From assembly GCA_965198235.1 (NCBI GenBank), contig OZ240248.1:1248001-1312000 (forward strand): a DNA stretch of 64,000 nucleotides. Reading direction: 5' to 3'. The translations under genes and the position numbers were made by a program. A model generated the notes under the pieces. It saw only the letters and a list, made by a program, of their open reading frames with translations. It was not told the origin of the DNA and did no database searches. Of this stretch, positions 1 through 12,205 are shown piece by piece (the stretch's first letter is position 1; the number at the start of each line of letters is the position of its first letter). This DNA comes from Candidatus Poribacteria bacterium. Its GTDB lineage: Bacteria > Poribacteria > WGA-4E > WGA-3G.

Positions 1-7
1 TCGGCAG

Positions 8-757
8 GTGCTCCATGTCGCAGAGCGGCACGAGCTCCTTGAACCAGACACCCATCCCGATGCTGGTATTCGCAGAAAAGGCGTTTTTATCTGTGAACAG
101 GATGGATCCGAGACCTTCAGACGTTTTTACATTGACATCCAGAAACTCCGACTTTTCCACGCGCTTCCCCATCACGAACATATCGTGCGTGTTCTGGAGA
201 TCCTATTCGGCGATTCCGTTTTCATCCATCCCCGGCATATATGTCACGCTATCTTCCCAGGAGAACATCAGTATACCACCCCTCCGCATCAGGACTTCCA
301 TCCGGTGCGCGGTGCGCGGGATACATGGACGGTGTGGACACCCCTGGGAGACTGTGATGCCGAGTTGGGGGGCTTGGCGATTGCCCGTGGATCAAACCGT
401 CGTGGGTTCTTAAAGGACAACGATGTCCGTTCATGGAGGTTGATCGAAGACAGGACGGAATGGGTCTGGAACCCCCTCGAGCGCGGAGATGTCGTCATGT
501 TTCACAGTTTAGCGATTCACCGAGGTCGTGACAACATGACCGAGAATCGCATACGACTCGCAACGAGTGCTCGCTACCAGTCTGTCAGTGAACCCGTTGA
601 CGAAGACGCTCTCAGCGTTCATTTGGGCTGTGCGAAATGGGAAGAGGTCTATTCGGAGTGGGAAACGGACGAGCCGCTGAAGTATTACTGGAACGCAATC
701 GACATGGAGGTTCAGCCGGCTTACCATCGCCGCAGGCCAAAACCCGCTGACGAATAG
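8..757 (+). CDS. Phytanoyl-CoA dioxygenase (PhyH) family Fe(II)/2OG dioxygenase, probably 5'-truncated by the window edge
   Basis: TPPHQD (HxD), W-T-V-W-T-P-L-G-D, GGL-x-I-x-x-GS and GDVVMFHSLAIHRG motifs. Confidence 0.8.
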   Translation: MLHVAERHELLEPDTHPDAGIRRKGVFICEQDGSETFRRFYIDIQKLRLFHALPHHEHIVRVLEILFGDSVFIHPRHICHAIFPGEHQYTTPPHQDFHPVRGARDTWTVWTPLGDCDAELGGLAIARGSNRRGFLKDNDVRSWRLIEDRTEWVWNPLERGDVVMFHSLAIHRGRDNMTENRIRLATSARYQSVSEPVDEDALSVHLGCAKWEEVYSEWETDEPLKYYWNAIDMEVQPAYHRRRPKPADE

Positions 758-924
758 ATCCACAATATGAACAAATACGAATTAGAGCTCCAGCAGGGGT
801 TTTTGCTTGGGTGTTTCTTCAACATGTCTATTGCTGTATTTTTTTACACAGAAATGGTGCTTGAATATCTACAACTTTTTAGTAGCAACTTGGGACACTA
901 TCGTTAAGAACCTTAGGTGTAAAA

Positions 925-1713
925 ATGCAAAAAGAAAATCAGGAATTGTCTAAAGTTGAAGCTCCGCAACCCATCCCCGACGGGTTGGTGGTCCTCACCT
1001 TTGATGACGGTAACAAGTCAGATTATACTTATGTCGGACCGCTGTTGAAGCGTTACGGTTTTGGAGCGACGTTTTTCATCACTGAAGGTCTAAATTTCCT
1101 CAACAGCAAGGCGCACTATGTCACATGGGAGGAGATCCTTCAATTGCACGAGGAGGGTTTTGAGATAGGTAACCACACTCGTCATCATAAGAACGTCAAT
1201 ACACAATTGAAAAAAGAGTTGATCGCAGACTTGATACACATTGATAAACGATGTGAGGAATATGGTATTCCTATCCCTGAGACGTTTGGCTATCCTGGGG
1301 ATAGTCATGGGCGAGAGTCAGTGGAAGTGTTGATGGAAAAGGGGTGTCGTTTCGCACGGCGTGGCATTGGACCGGAGTTTCCTTATGATTTAGAAGGCGG
1401 GCGTGGTCCGGCTTACGCGCCGGATGTCCATCATCCCTTACTCATCCCGTCAACGGGCGTACCCGGTCCAAACTGGGGGTTCGAGGATTTGGTCTGGGCG
1501 GTTGAACAGGCAAAAGATGGGAAAATCGCCGTCCTGACGTTTCACGGTGTGCCTGCCCTTGAACACCCATGGGTCGACGTTTCACCCGAGCTGTTTAAGA
1601 CATACATGGATTATCTTCGGGACAGCGGTTGTACCGTTGTTGCGTTGCGTGATCTAACGAAATACGTTGCTACATCAGAATCAGTTGGGCAAAGAATAAC
1701 ACATTTTCCATAA
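925..1713 (+). CDS. Polysaccharide deacetylase (CE4/NodB) family protein
   Basis: LTFDDG, GATFF, EIGNHT-x-x-H, F-x-YP and LTFH motifs. Confidence 0.85.
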   Translation: MQKENQELSKVEAPQPIPDGLVVLTFDDGNKSDYTYVGPLLKRYGFGATFFITEGLNFLNSKAHYVTWEEILQLHEEGFEIGNHTRHHKNVNTQLKKELIADLIHIDKRCEEYGIPIPETFGYPGDSHGRESVEVLMEKGCRFARRGIGPEFPYDLEGGRGPAYAPDVHHPLLIPSTGVPGPNWGFEDLVWAVEQAKDGKIAVLTFHGVPALEHPWVDVSPELFKTYMDYLRDSGCTVVALRDLTKYVATSESVGQRITHFP

Positions 1714-1952
1714 AAAGCCTCAGTAGGGTGATAGGGGTTGTGATGTTTCGCAGTCCACAGTTTGGAAACGCCGGTCGCGTATTGTTCGCATCTACTTGTG
1801 TTATGAAGACTCGCGAAACGCGCGAAATCGCGTAAAAATTAGGCAAAAATGCCGAATATCTCTAAAAGAGACTTTTTTATCGAAAAAAGTGATAAAATTG
1901 GTATAAAAATGGGTTTTTGGGGCAAAATTATGCTTTTTTTTTACAATTTTAT

Positions 1953-1981
1953 TTGACAAACCTTTTTTTGCAGTGTATAAT
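1953..1981 (+). promoter_or_regulatory. sigma70 promoter of the 16S rRNA gene
   Basis: TTGACA (1953-1958), 17 bp spacer, TATAAT (1976-1981); AT-rich UP region; boxA-like TGTTCTTTGAAA at about 2013. Confidence 0.85.
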
Positions 1982-2146
1982 TAACATTACCTTTTGACAA
2001 GAAAGGTGAATTTGTTCTTTGAAAGTTAAATAGTGAACGTGACGTGCCTATTAATAGCTTGTGAGTGCACTCCAAATTCGTTTGGAGATGTACTTCAATT
2101 AAGTGGAAGTGTACTTCAAATTCGTTTGAAGATGTACTTCAAAACT

Positions 2147-3704
<1,558 letters not shown>

Positions 3705-4099
3705 CATTAACATAAGGACTCTTACACAGTACTTATGTTCATTACGCTCTTTACCTTACAAGACACGCACTAAAACTATTTAACTTTCAAGAACATTTTC
3801 TACAGGATACAGCAAGCCTTTTGCTATATTAACCAACCCAATTTTCCTTTTATATCCAATCTAAATTTCCTTAGGGCTCTACTTACAAAAAAGGATTTTA
3901 AGTTTAATAGCACTTACGCACGATGCTCTTTTGTATCACAAACTTTTAGTTTGTGTCCCTGCTCGTGTGAGTCTTTTAGCGGATCGCAATCCAATAGATC
4001 GGGCTACGGTCAAAACTGCGTAAGTCCTGTTTAATTTCTCCGTCCCCCAATTTTCCTTGTCAGGGTCCGAACCATTGACATAACCAAGGGAGAGATGAA

Positions 4100-4852
4100 A
4101 TGAGAACCGCGGTATTTGTCGTAACGCTCCTCTTTTTAACCGGACTTGGCATTGCAAACGCGAAGATTCTTTTTGTTGATGACTTTGAACAGGATAAAAT
4201 TGGTGAAGAACCATTGAGATGGGAACACCTAAACTTTAACTCGGGCAACTCAAAAATCCTTATTGAAAAAGACCCTGCCGATCCCAAAAACAAAGCCGCC
4301 AAAACCACAGGTATCGGGCTTTACATCCCGAAAGCGGATGGAAGAGAAGGATGGCGGGATTATATTTGGGATTTCGACTGGTTGTGGGAAAATGACAGTT
4401 TTGTAGGCACGATTTACAGGGCGGAGGGCGGGCTTAAAGGGGCTGAGGCGCATTTTCACGGCACGCGTCGCGTTGGCGGATCGAATATTCAGATTTATAC
4501 GCGCAAGGCTGGTGCTTGGGCACTACTTGGAACCGGGCAGTTTCCCAATGAGAACAACGTATGGTATACCCATCGACTGGTTATGAAAGGCGGGCAACAC
4601 CAGATGTATCTGAGGAAACGGGAGGAAGAATTAGCACCCGCGGATTGGCATCTCAATGAGAAGCCTATTGTAGAAGTTGATAATGACACTTTCAAGACAG
4701 GTCCTGTTGGCATGATGGGGATTACCAGCGGTGTCAGTTTTTTTGATAATATGGTTGTTGTCGAAAGTATTGCCGATATTGATAAGGTTCGTCCTGTTTC
4801 ACCACGTCTTAAGTTAGCAGCGACGTGGGGAGTAATCAAAACCAGATTTTAA
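4100..4852 (+). CDS. Secreted beta-jelly-roll (ConA/DUF1080-like) protein with C-terminal VSP..KL..TWG.IK motif
   Basis: Signal peptide, FVDDFE start of mature domain, G-x-V-G ... FFDN-x-V-V ending, GGGAGA RBS. Confidence 0.65.
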   Translation: MRTAVFVVTLLFLTGLGIANAKILFVDDFEQDKIGEEPLRWEHLNFNSGNSKILIEKDPADPKNKAAKTTGIGLYIPKADGREGWRDYIWDFDWLWENDSFVGTIYRAEGGLKGAEAHFHGTRRVGGSNIQIYTRKAGAWALLGTGQFPNENNVWYTHRLVMKGGQHQMYLRKREEELAPADWHLNEKPIVEVDNDTFKTGPVGMMGITSGVSFFDNMVVVESIADIDKVRPVSPRLKLAATWGVIKTRF

Positions 4853-4861
4853 CAAATTAAT

Positions 4862-4890
4862 TTGACAAATCTTCTTTTAGCGTGTATACT
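4862..4890 (+). promoter_or_regulatory. sigma70 promoter of tRNA-Ile
   Basis: TTGACA (4862-4867), 17 bp, TATACT (4885-4890). Confidence 0.75.
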
Positions 4891-4965
4891 TAATAGTGCT
4901 TGTTGACAAACGAAAGCGAAACTATTTTTTCGCGAACATCTCTCCTTTTTTAAGGCATTCCTTGT

Positions 4966-5039
4966 GGGCTTATAGCTCAGACGGTTAGAGCGCGCGCCTG
5001 ATAAGCGCGAGGTCCCTGGTTCGATTCCAGGTAGGCCCA
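4966..5039 (+). tRNA. tRNA-Ile(GAT); CCA not encoded
   Basis: GGGCTTA acceptor pairs with TAGGCCC-A; D arm TAGCTCAGACGGTTAGAGC; anticodon arm CGCGC-CTGATAA-GCGCG; T arm CCTGG-TTCGATT-CCAGG. Confidence 0.95.
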
Positions 5040-5128
5040 CTTTTTTCTTTCTCTCCCCATCTCACTTTTACCATCACTCTGTAATCCTATTTTACCCATC
5101 CGCGCACTTATACCGCTCATCCACCAAT

Positions 5129-5645
5129 TATAGTAAAGCCCGAAAATATGTAGACAGTTGTTCAGTGAACGAGGGAAGCACCCTATCAAAACCCCCCCAC
5201 CGCCGCTGGCGAGGATTGTATCCTCGCCTACTGTCAATGTCCAAGTCATTGTGGATTTTACTATAGTGAACGAGGGAAGCACCCTATCAAAACCCCCCCA
5301 CCGCCGCTGGCGAGGATTGTATCCTCGCCTACTGTCAATGTCCAAGTCATTGTGGATTTTACTATAATGATTATCTGGTTATCTATAGCAGAGGTATTTT
5401 TAGGCGTGGCGTACACGTCATTGCTGAGAGAAATGGAACATCGAAATCCACAGTTTCATGCACAAGGGACAGACGTTCTGTAGTGCGTAGGTTGGGTTGA
5501 ACGGGACTCTCCTAAAAACCGCACACAGAGAATGACTTGCAGGGTTCATCGTTATGTGAACTTGTAAATGTGCGTCTCACGGAGGCACAGGAGACCAACG
5601 GTTTCCTATGCTACAAGTGTAAACATATTTTTGGATTTTACTATA
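5129..5645. mobile_element. MITE-like non-autonomous element(s) with TATAGTAAA termini and an internal 101-bp tandem duplication
   Basis: Left end TATAGTAAAGCCCGAAAATATGTAGACA versus reverse complement of right end TATAGTAAAATCCAAAAATATGTTTACA; further right-end copies end at 5265 and 5366. Confidence 0.6.
5164..5366. repeat. Exact 101-bp tandem duplication containing a GGCGAGGAT-tgt-ATCCTCGCC hairpin
   Basis: AGTGAACGAGGG...GGATTTTACTAT starts at 5164 and again at 5265. Confidence 0.9.
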
Positions 5646-5915
5646 ATGAAGAAAAAGCAGTAGATTGGATTATAATACATTGATGCTGCGGATTAAATAC
5701 CGCTGCATCAGCACTCTAAGGCTTGCTGGCAAGGTTTGAAACTTCTGTAGGAGGGATCTCCGAATCCCGACTCCCTCTTCTGTGGAAGGGATTTCCCAAT
5801 CCCGACATCCAGCACAAAACGGATAGAAAACCGGAAACTGAATGGCTCTGGGTAAAGGCGTTTTGCATTTGCTGAAAAAGGGCAAAACTGGTAAACTGGC
5901 AGAGGGGCAAATTTT

Positions 5916-7427
5916 ATGATGACAACACTCATTCGCCGAGAGCTACTTGATAATCTGATGACATTCCGATTTGCCGCAGCTGTTTTCATTATGTTGCTGC
6001 TTGTGGTCGCGAATACCGCTGTCCTTATTAAGGATTATGAGCGGCGTTTGGCAGGCCACAATGCCGCTGTCAAAATGCATCAGCGGCAACTCCAAGAGAA
6101 GAAAACATATTCCGCGGGAATGGAGAAATTGCGCGTCGATCGTCCCCCGAATCCATTGAGCATCCTCAATGCCGGGTTCGATAAACGACTCGGAAACGAG
6201 GTTTTAGTGACACATGGATTTGTTCCGACCCTCTGGGATGCAGGCAGGCACGGCTCGGACAATCCGTTCATGGATATGTTCGCCTCAATGGATATTGTCT
6301 TTATCCTTGAGGTTATCCTTAGCTTGCTGGCATTGATTTTCGCCTACGACGCACTGGCGGGAGAATACGAGCACGGAACGCTACGTTTAGTCCTAACACA
6401 TTCCATTGGGCGTGGATATATCCTGTTTGCGAAATACATCGGTGCAATGCTCTGCCTGTTGGTGCCACTGCTGATGAGCTTAATTCTCTCAGTGATTCTA
6501 CTGGCGATGTCTACCGCTATCTCCCTGAATACCGATGATTTCCTACGGATCGGCGGAATTATTTTCGCATCTATCGCGTATCTTTCTGTATTCTACCTCA
6601 TTGGACTGCTGATTTCAGCGGCGACACGTAGAACCGGCACAGCGTTGATGCTCTCCATGTTCGTCTGGGGGTTTTTGGTGCTGGTGTATCCGAATGTGAT
6701 TCTGGCTGTGATCCCACGCCATGATGAACTGCAGGCGCGTACGACATCCAATTTCAATCGAATCAAACAGATGTGGGAGGAATTCGACAGAGAACGGAAG
6801 CACTTCCTTGCCACCGACGCTTTCCCAGGAGAAGATTGGGGACTTGAACTTAGGGGATGGGGGTCCCGCCACGCTTACTTTTGGGACAACCCCCGCGCGC
6901 TACTATACACCTATGAAAGTGTTATGGAGTTTAATGGGTTTGGTGAGAAAGATGAACCCAAAATGCCCCACGCGCAGATGCATTTCCGTTTCCTCGGACC
7001 CCAGGTGATCGGTACAGCTGACCGAACATGGCTCATTCGCAAGCCAGCACTCGAAGATATCTATATTCACCCTGCAAATGTGGAAAGACTCTGGTTGAAA
7101 CTTTCGCCAGTCGGGATCTATGATGCAACAACACAAGCTTGGGCAGGCACGGATTTGCGCGGGGTCAGAGATTTTTTCGACACCGCAAGACAATATAGAC
7201 AGCAGGTGATTGATTATTTATACGATAAAAAGGCGTTTGGGTCTCGACAATGGTTCTCTTCGGACAAGGAGGCGGCGGATTGGAGTGGGCTGCCACAGTT
7301 TTCTTTTCAAAGGGTCGATGTGAACACAAATGCCAAGCGATCATTGCCGGATGTATGTCTACTGCTCATGATGAATGTCGTTCTGTTCATTGTAATATTT
7401 CTAATTTTCATCAAAACCGAAGTGTAG
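5916..7427 (+). CDS. ABC-2 type transporter permease (array type A, copy 1)
   Basis: LIRRELLD start, YDALAGEYEHGTLRLVLT signature, several TM helices, large extracytoplasmic loops. Confidence 0.85.
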   Translation: MMTTLIRRELLDNLMTFRFAAAVFIMLLLVVANTAVLIKDYERRLAGHNAAVKMHQRQLQEKKTYSAGMEKLRVDRPPNPLSILNAGFDKRLGNEVLVTHGFVPTLWDAGRHGSDNPFMDMFASMDIVFILEVILSLLALIFAYDALAGEYEHGTLRLVLTHSIGRGYILFAKYIGAMLCLLVPLLMSLILSVILLAMSTAISLNTDDFLRIGGIIFASIAYLSVFYLIGLLISAATRRTGTALMLSMFVWGFLVLVYPNVILAVIPRHDELQARTTSNFNRIKQMWEEFDRERKHFLATDAFPGEDWGLELRGWGSRHAYFWDNPRALLYTYESVMEFNGFGEKDEPKMPHAQMHFRFLGPQVIGTADRTWLIRKPALEDIYIHPANVERLWLKLSPVGIYDATTQAWAGTDLRGVRDFFDTARQYRQQVIDYLYDKKAFGSRQWFSSDKEAADWSGLPQFSFQRVDVNTNAKRSLPDVCLLLMMNVVLFIVIFLIFIKTEV

Positions 7428-7549
7428 GATGGCTGTCAGCGGTCAGCCGTCAGCAATCAGTCAAAGATGTCTTTGGGATGGAACATGTCCCAATATACCA
7501 CAAACGAGTAACCGAAAACCGAGAACTGACAACCGATAACTCTAAAAAA

Positions 7550-8962
7550 ATGATTTGGCATATAGCGAAACGCGAACTCTACGATAACCTGAATAGCCTC
7601 CGGTTTGCGCTTGCAACTTTGTTATTGTTGGGCTTGATGTTAACCAACGCGATTATACATCTCCGGGAACACCCGAAGCGGGTTCAGAAATATCTTGATG
7701 CTGTTGCTGGATATCAAAGTCGTTTAATATCTCATGCCGAGAACGGTTTATATGAACTCGCGCAACAGGGTCCTGGATATCTTTACAAAAAACCATCGCC
7801 GCTCCGTTTTTGTGCAGACGGGGGCGAAACATTTTTGTCAAATCAGGCAGAAGGCGGATACCATCGATGGAGCACCGACAGATTAAAAAGTTTCTGGATA
7901 TTGGCATATCCATCGGTCACCCCCAATCTGGACAAGGTCCACCCAGATGTCACCAAAGTGGATTGGGGCTTTATCATGGGGTACGTCTTAAGTCTCGTCG
8001 CGCTTCTATTTACCTTCGATTCCATTTCCGGTGAGCGTGAGCGTGGCACCTTACGACTGACCTTGGCGAATTCAATTCCACGGCACACTGTACTCATTGG
8101 CAAATTTTGGGGGGCATTAATAAGTGTTAGCATCCCGTTTATGCTTGCTGTGTTGGTGAATCTGTTGGTGATCTCTACGTCAAGTGAGGTTCATCTTGGG
8201 ACAGACACGTGGGGACGTTTAGGTATCATCTTCGGTATCGCGTTCCTGTACACATGTCTGTTTCTGGCATTAGGCTTGTTGGTGTCTACTCGTGTGCAGC
8301 GGAGTGCTGTCAGTCTTGTGATACTTCTATTGGTTTGGGTTACCCTTGTGGTCTTTATGCCGAGCACCCTTGCATCTATTGCAGGCGGCTCTTCGTCACC
8401 CAGGCCCACCTTCGGATTTTCGGAACGCTCTTGGCAACTTCACAATGAACTTGGGGAAGAATACGGGAGGCATCGGTATGGACCACGTGAGAATTCAAGG
8501 GAAAGCATGCAATTGTCAGGCGAGTACGTTATCAAAGACGCGGAACAGCAAGAACGCTTGCACGAAGAACGCTTAAACCAGCGGGTTTCTCAGGTGAACC
8601 GAGCGCGTGCCATCACCCGGCTTTCACCTGTCACGATTTTCCAGCATCTCCTTGAAGCCTTTGCTGGCACAGGCTTTGAACGACATCTACAATTCTTGGC
8701 GAACGTGAAATCTTACACGCAGCAATTCCGGGTGTTCATCAATGATGCCGATAGAGCCGATCCGGAAAGCCTACATATCTTTGGTGTTCGTAAGGGTATG
8801 TCGCAGAAGCCTGTCAGTCCAGAAGCAGTGCCAAAGTTTGAAGACACGCTCAGCCTCAGCAAAGATTTCAATGCAGCAGCAGTCGATCTGCTGTTACTAA
8901 CGCTATTCGTCATAGTCCTTCTATCCGGAGCATATCTGGCATTTGTTCGCGTTGAGGTGTAA
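7550..8962 (+). CDS. ABC-2 type transporter permease (array type B, copy 1)
   Basis: MIWHIAKRELYDN start (ATG 7550 preferred to the ORF-track start 7250), FDSISGERERGTLRL, C-terminal F-x-R-x-EV. Confidence 0.85.
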   Translation: MIWHIAKRELYDNLNSLRFALATLLLLGLMLTNAIIHLREHPKRVQKYLDAVAGYQSRLISHAENGLYELAQQGPGYLYKKPSPLRFCADGGETFLSNQAEGGYHRWSTDRLKSFWILAYPSVTPNLDKVHPDVTKVDWGFIMGYVLSLVALLFTFDSISGERERGTLRLTLANSIPRHTVLIGKFWGALISVSIPFMLAVLVNLLVISTSSEVHLGTDTWGRLGIIFGIAFLYTCLFLALGLLVSTRVQRSAVSLVILLLVWVTLVVFMPSTLASIAGGSSSPRPTFGFSERSWQLHNELGEEYGRHRYGPRENSRESMQLSGEYVIKDAEQQERLHEERLNQRVSQVNRARAITRLSPVTIFQHLLEAFAGTGFERHLQFLANVKSYTQQFRVFINDADRADPESLHIFGVRKGMSQKPVSPEAVPKFEDTLSLSKDFNAAAVDLLLLTLFVIVLLSGAYLAFVRVEV

Positions 8963-8965
8963 TAG

Positions 8966-10492
8966 ATGCTAATAACACTCATCCGTCGAGAGCTCCTCGA
9001 CAATCTCATGACATTCCGGTTCGCTGCAGCAGTCTTCATCACCCTCTTGCTTGTGGTCGCCAATACCGTTGTGCTCCTCAAGGACTATGAACAACGACTA
9101 ACCGCTTACAACACGGCTACCGAGGAAAGTCATCAGAGATTACGCGAGGAAAAAGCCTATTCCTATTACTATGAAAAATTAGTTGTCCATCGTCCTCCTA
9201 ATCCGTTGAGTATTTTCAATCTGGGATTGGATAAACAGGTAGGTAACGCAATTTATGTATACCACGCGTTTGTGCCAACAATTTGGGATGCAGTGAAGCA
9301 CGGGGCGGATAATCCGTTTCTCAACCTCTTCACTTCGATTGATATCGCGCTTGTTTTTCAGGGGGTCCTGAGTCTCCTCGCGCTGATTTTCGCTTACGAT
9401 GCCCTCGCTGGCGAACATGAACGTGGGACCTTACGCCTCGTGCTGACGCACCCAATCCGGCGCGGATACATCCTATTTGCCAAGTACATTAGCGCAATGC
9501 TCTGCCTGCTTGTGCCGTTGCTGATAAGCCTTCTCCTGTCCATCATCTTGCTGACGATGTCCACTATCATTTCCTTGAACACGGATGAATTTCTTCGCAT
9601 CGGCGGGATTGTCCTGACATCACTGCTTTATGTGTCGCTGTTCTACCTCATCGGCTTATGCATCTCCGCGATGACGCATCGAACCAGTACCGCGCTCATG
9701 CTTTCCATGTTTGCTTGGGGATTCTTGGTGCTTGTGTATCCAAATCTGATTCTTACCGCAGTTGACATCGTCCCGCAACCGGAAACGCAAACCTCTGTTT
9801 ATAATCAAATCAAACAGATGTGGGAAGAATTGGATAGAGAAAATAAGCAGTTTCTCCGCAATGATGCCGTCTTAGGTCCTCTATCGCGTAACGGCGAAGG
9901 TTGGGGATTTTACGTGGAAGGCGGTGAATATACCTTTGATGAGAGTGAAGACAACCCCTCAATATTGCTCTATTTCTACCAAACCGGATTCTATGCTGGA
10001 AAAATTGGAGCAGAATCTGAGCCACAGGTGCCACACTTACAGAATTATTACCGCTTCTACAATAGAGAAACTGTCAATACCGTCCAACAAACGTGGCTTG
10101 TCCGTAAACCGGCATTAGAGGCTATCTACATCCAACCCGCGAATCTCGGTCGAAGGCTGTTAAAGTTTTCACCCGTCGGGTTGTATGATGCGGCAACAGA
10201 AGCTTGGGCAGGCACCGACTTGAACGGTATTCAAGACTTTTTCAACGCGGTCCGACGTTACCGACGCACAGTCCTTGACTATTTCGATGATGAAAAGATA
10301 TTTGAATCGCGACAATGGTTTGCTGCCGACAAAGGCACAGCTGACTGGGATGCACTCCCACGCTTCTCCTTTCAGAGAAGTGGTATAGACATCAATGCAA
10401 AGAGGGCGTTACCCGATCTGTTCCTACTTCTCATGATTAATGTCGTTCTGTTCGTAATAATATTTCTGATTTTCATCAGGAGTGAAGTATAG
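8966..10492 (+). CDS. ABC-2 type transporter permease (array type A, copy 2)
   Basis: Paralogue of 5916-7427 with the same signature motifs. Confidence 0.85.
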   Translation: MLITLIRRELLDNLMTFRFAAAVFITLLLVVANTVVLLKDYEQRLTAYNTATEESHQRLREEKAYSYYYEKLVVHRPPNPLSIFNLGLDKQVGNAIYVYHAFVPTIWDAVKHGADNPFLNLFTSIDIALVFQGVLSLLALIFAYDALAGEHERGTLRLVLTHPIRRGYILFAKYISAMLCLLVPLLISLLLSIILLTMSTIISLNTDEFLRIGGIVLTSLLYVSLFYLIGLCISAMTHRTSTALMLSMFAWGFLVLVYPNLILTAVDIVPQPETQTSVYNQIKQMWEELDRENKQFLRNDAVLGPLSRNGEGWGFYVEGGEYTFDESEDNPSILLYFYQTGFYAGKIGAESEPQVPHLQNYYRFYNRETVNTVQQTWLVRKPALEAIYIQPANLGRRLLKFSPVGLYDAATEAWAGTDLNGIQDFFNAVRRYRRTVLDYFDDEKIFESRQWFAADKGTADWDALPRFSFQRSGIDINAKRALPDLFLLLMINVVLFVIIFLIFIRSEV

Positions 10493-10774
10493 AGTGGCTG
10501 TCAGCAGTCAGGTCGCTGCGCTTTCAGCGATCAGTTAAGAAACATATATGGCGGTTGCTCGTGTGCTTACTCCCGTAAACTGCTGATTACCGACTGCCCT
10601 TATGAATATGGCACAACCGTTCTTTGCTGAAGGCTGATTACTGACGGTTTCCGACAGCCCTTCTGCCGATAAACGTGTCCAATGAAGGTAAGCCCAACCA
10701 ACGGGCGGGCTGGATCTACGGAGGAAATCGTTTTTTTCTCAGATTTCCTGAACGACCCGCAAGGAAAATTAAAA

Positions 10775-12199
10775 ATGTGGCATATTGCGAAACGTGAAAT
10801 CTACGATAACCTCAATAGCCTTCGATTTGCCCTAACAACCGTGTTGTTGCTGGCACTGATGGTAACCAATGCCGTTAGGCATCTCCGAGAGCATCCAAAA
10901 CGGGTACAGAGGTATCAGACCGCTGTCACCGAATCTTTGAATCACTTAACGGATCGCGCCGACAACAGCCTCTATAAACTGGCACAATACGGACCGGGAA
11001 ATTTCTACAAAAAACCGTCTCCTCTTCACTTCTGTGCAAACGGAGGTGAACCCCTTTTACCAGATACGGTTGAAGTGGAAGAACCATTTGTGTTCGCGAC
11101 GGATTCAGAAGATAACGTGCTACTCAAAGGAATCTGGAGCCTGTCCTATCCAGATGCCAACCTCCAGAATAAGGACGTTGGACCGGACGTTTCACAAGTG
11201 GATTGGGCATTCATCATCGGTTACATCTTGAGTTTGCTGGCACTCTTGTTTACCTTTGATGCCTTCTCCGGTGAACGCGAGCGCGGCACACTCCGATTAA
11301 TGTTAGCAAATTCAATTCCCCGACACACTGTCCTTATCGGTAAGTTCTTAGGGGCATTGCTCAGTATTAGCATCCCATTTATACTTGCTGTGTTGGTGAA
11401 CCTTCTATTGATTTCTACTGCAAATACTGTTCACCTGACGACAGAGGCATGGGGACGCTTAGGTATCATTTTCTTTCTTGCCCTTTTATACACGAGTCTA
11501 TTTCTGGCGTTAGGACTATTGGTCTCCACGCGTGTACAACGGAGCACGGTGAGTCTGATGATACTTCTTTTGACGTGGGTAACCTTTGTCGTTTTTATGC
11601 CCAGCACCCTCGCTTCAATTGCAAGCAGTTTCTCGCCTGCCGTATCCTTCGATGAATTTTGGAAGCAGCGTAACCCAACTCAAGAGGATTTATGGGATAA
11701 ATACCGCGAGTGGCTCTGGTCGAGTGAAGTGGACGACAGCACGTTAAGGGGGAAAAGCGAGTTTTACACCGAAAACGCTGAAAGAGAGGAAGGCTGGCAC
11801 GAAGAACAATTAAAGTACCGGGCTTCTCAGGTGCGCCGCGCGCACGCTATCACCAGCATCTCACCCGCCACACTTCTCCAGCACCTGATTGAAGCGTTTG
11901 CTGGAACGGGGTTTGAGCGGCATTTGCAATTTGTGGAGAATACGCAACGTTACGCCCGACAATTCCGTGAATTCATCGTTGACATTGATAGAGCCGATCC
12001 GGAGAGTCTCCATATCTTTGGTGTTCGTGAGGGTATGTCGCAGAAGCCTGTCAGTCCAGAGGCAGTTCCGAAATTTGAAGACACGCTAAGCCTCAGTAAA
12101 GACTTCAATACCAGAGCAATAGAGATGCTGCTGTTGGCGTTGTTCGTTGTGGTGCTTCTGTCCGGAGTGTATCTCGCGTTTGTGCGCGTTGAGGTGTAA
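10775..12199 (+). CDS. ABC-2 type transporter permease (array type B, copy 2)
   Basis: MWHIAKREIYDN start at 10775 after AAGGA; paralogue of 7550-8962. Confidence 0.85.
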   Translation: MWHIAKREIYDNLNSLRFALTTVLLLALMVTNAVRHLREHPKRVQRYQTAVTESLNHLTDRADNSLYKLAQYGPGNFYKKPSPLHFCANGGEPLLPDTVEVEEPFVFATDSEDNVLLKGIWSLSYPDANLQNKDVGPDVSQVDWAFIIGYILSLLALLFTFDAFSGERERGTLRLMLANSIPRHTVLIGKFLGALLSISIPFILAVLVNLLLISTANTVHLTTEAWGRLGIIFFLALLYTSLFLALGLLVSTRVQRSTVSLMILLLTWVTFVVFMPSTLASIASSFSPAVSFDEFWKQRNPTQEDLWDKYREWLWSSEVDDSTLRGKSEFYTENAEREEGWHEEQLKYRASQVRRAHAITSISPATLLQHLIEAFAGTGFERHLQFVENTQRYARQFREFIVDIDRADPESLHIFGVREGMSQKPVSPEAVPKFEDTLSLSKDFNTRAIEMLLLALFVVVLLSGVYLAFVRVEV

Positions 12200-12205
12200 G
12201 ACAAA

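Noticed and set aside
5164-5366. Tandem repeat as a CRISPR array
   Set aside because: Two exact 101-bp units with no unique spacers, and no cas genes in the window.
7250-7549. 100-aa N-terminal extension of permease B1 (likewise 10682-10774 for B2)
   Set aside because: It runs through the upstream gene and intergenic repeats; paralogue alignment places the starts at 7550 and 10775.
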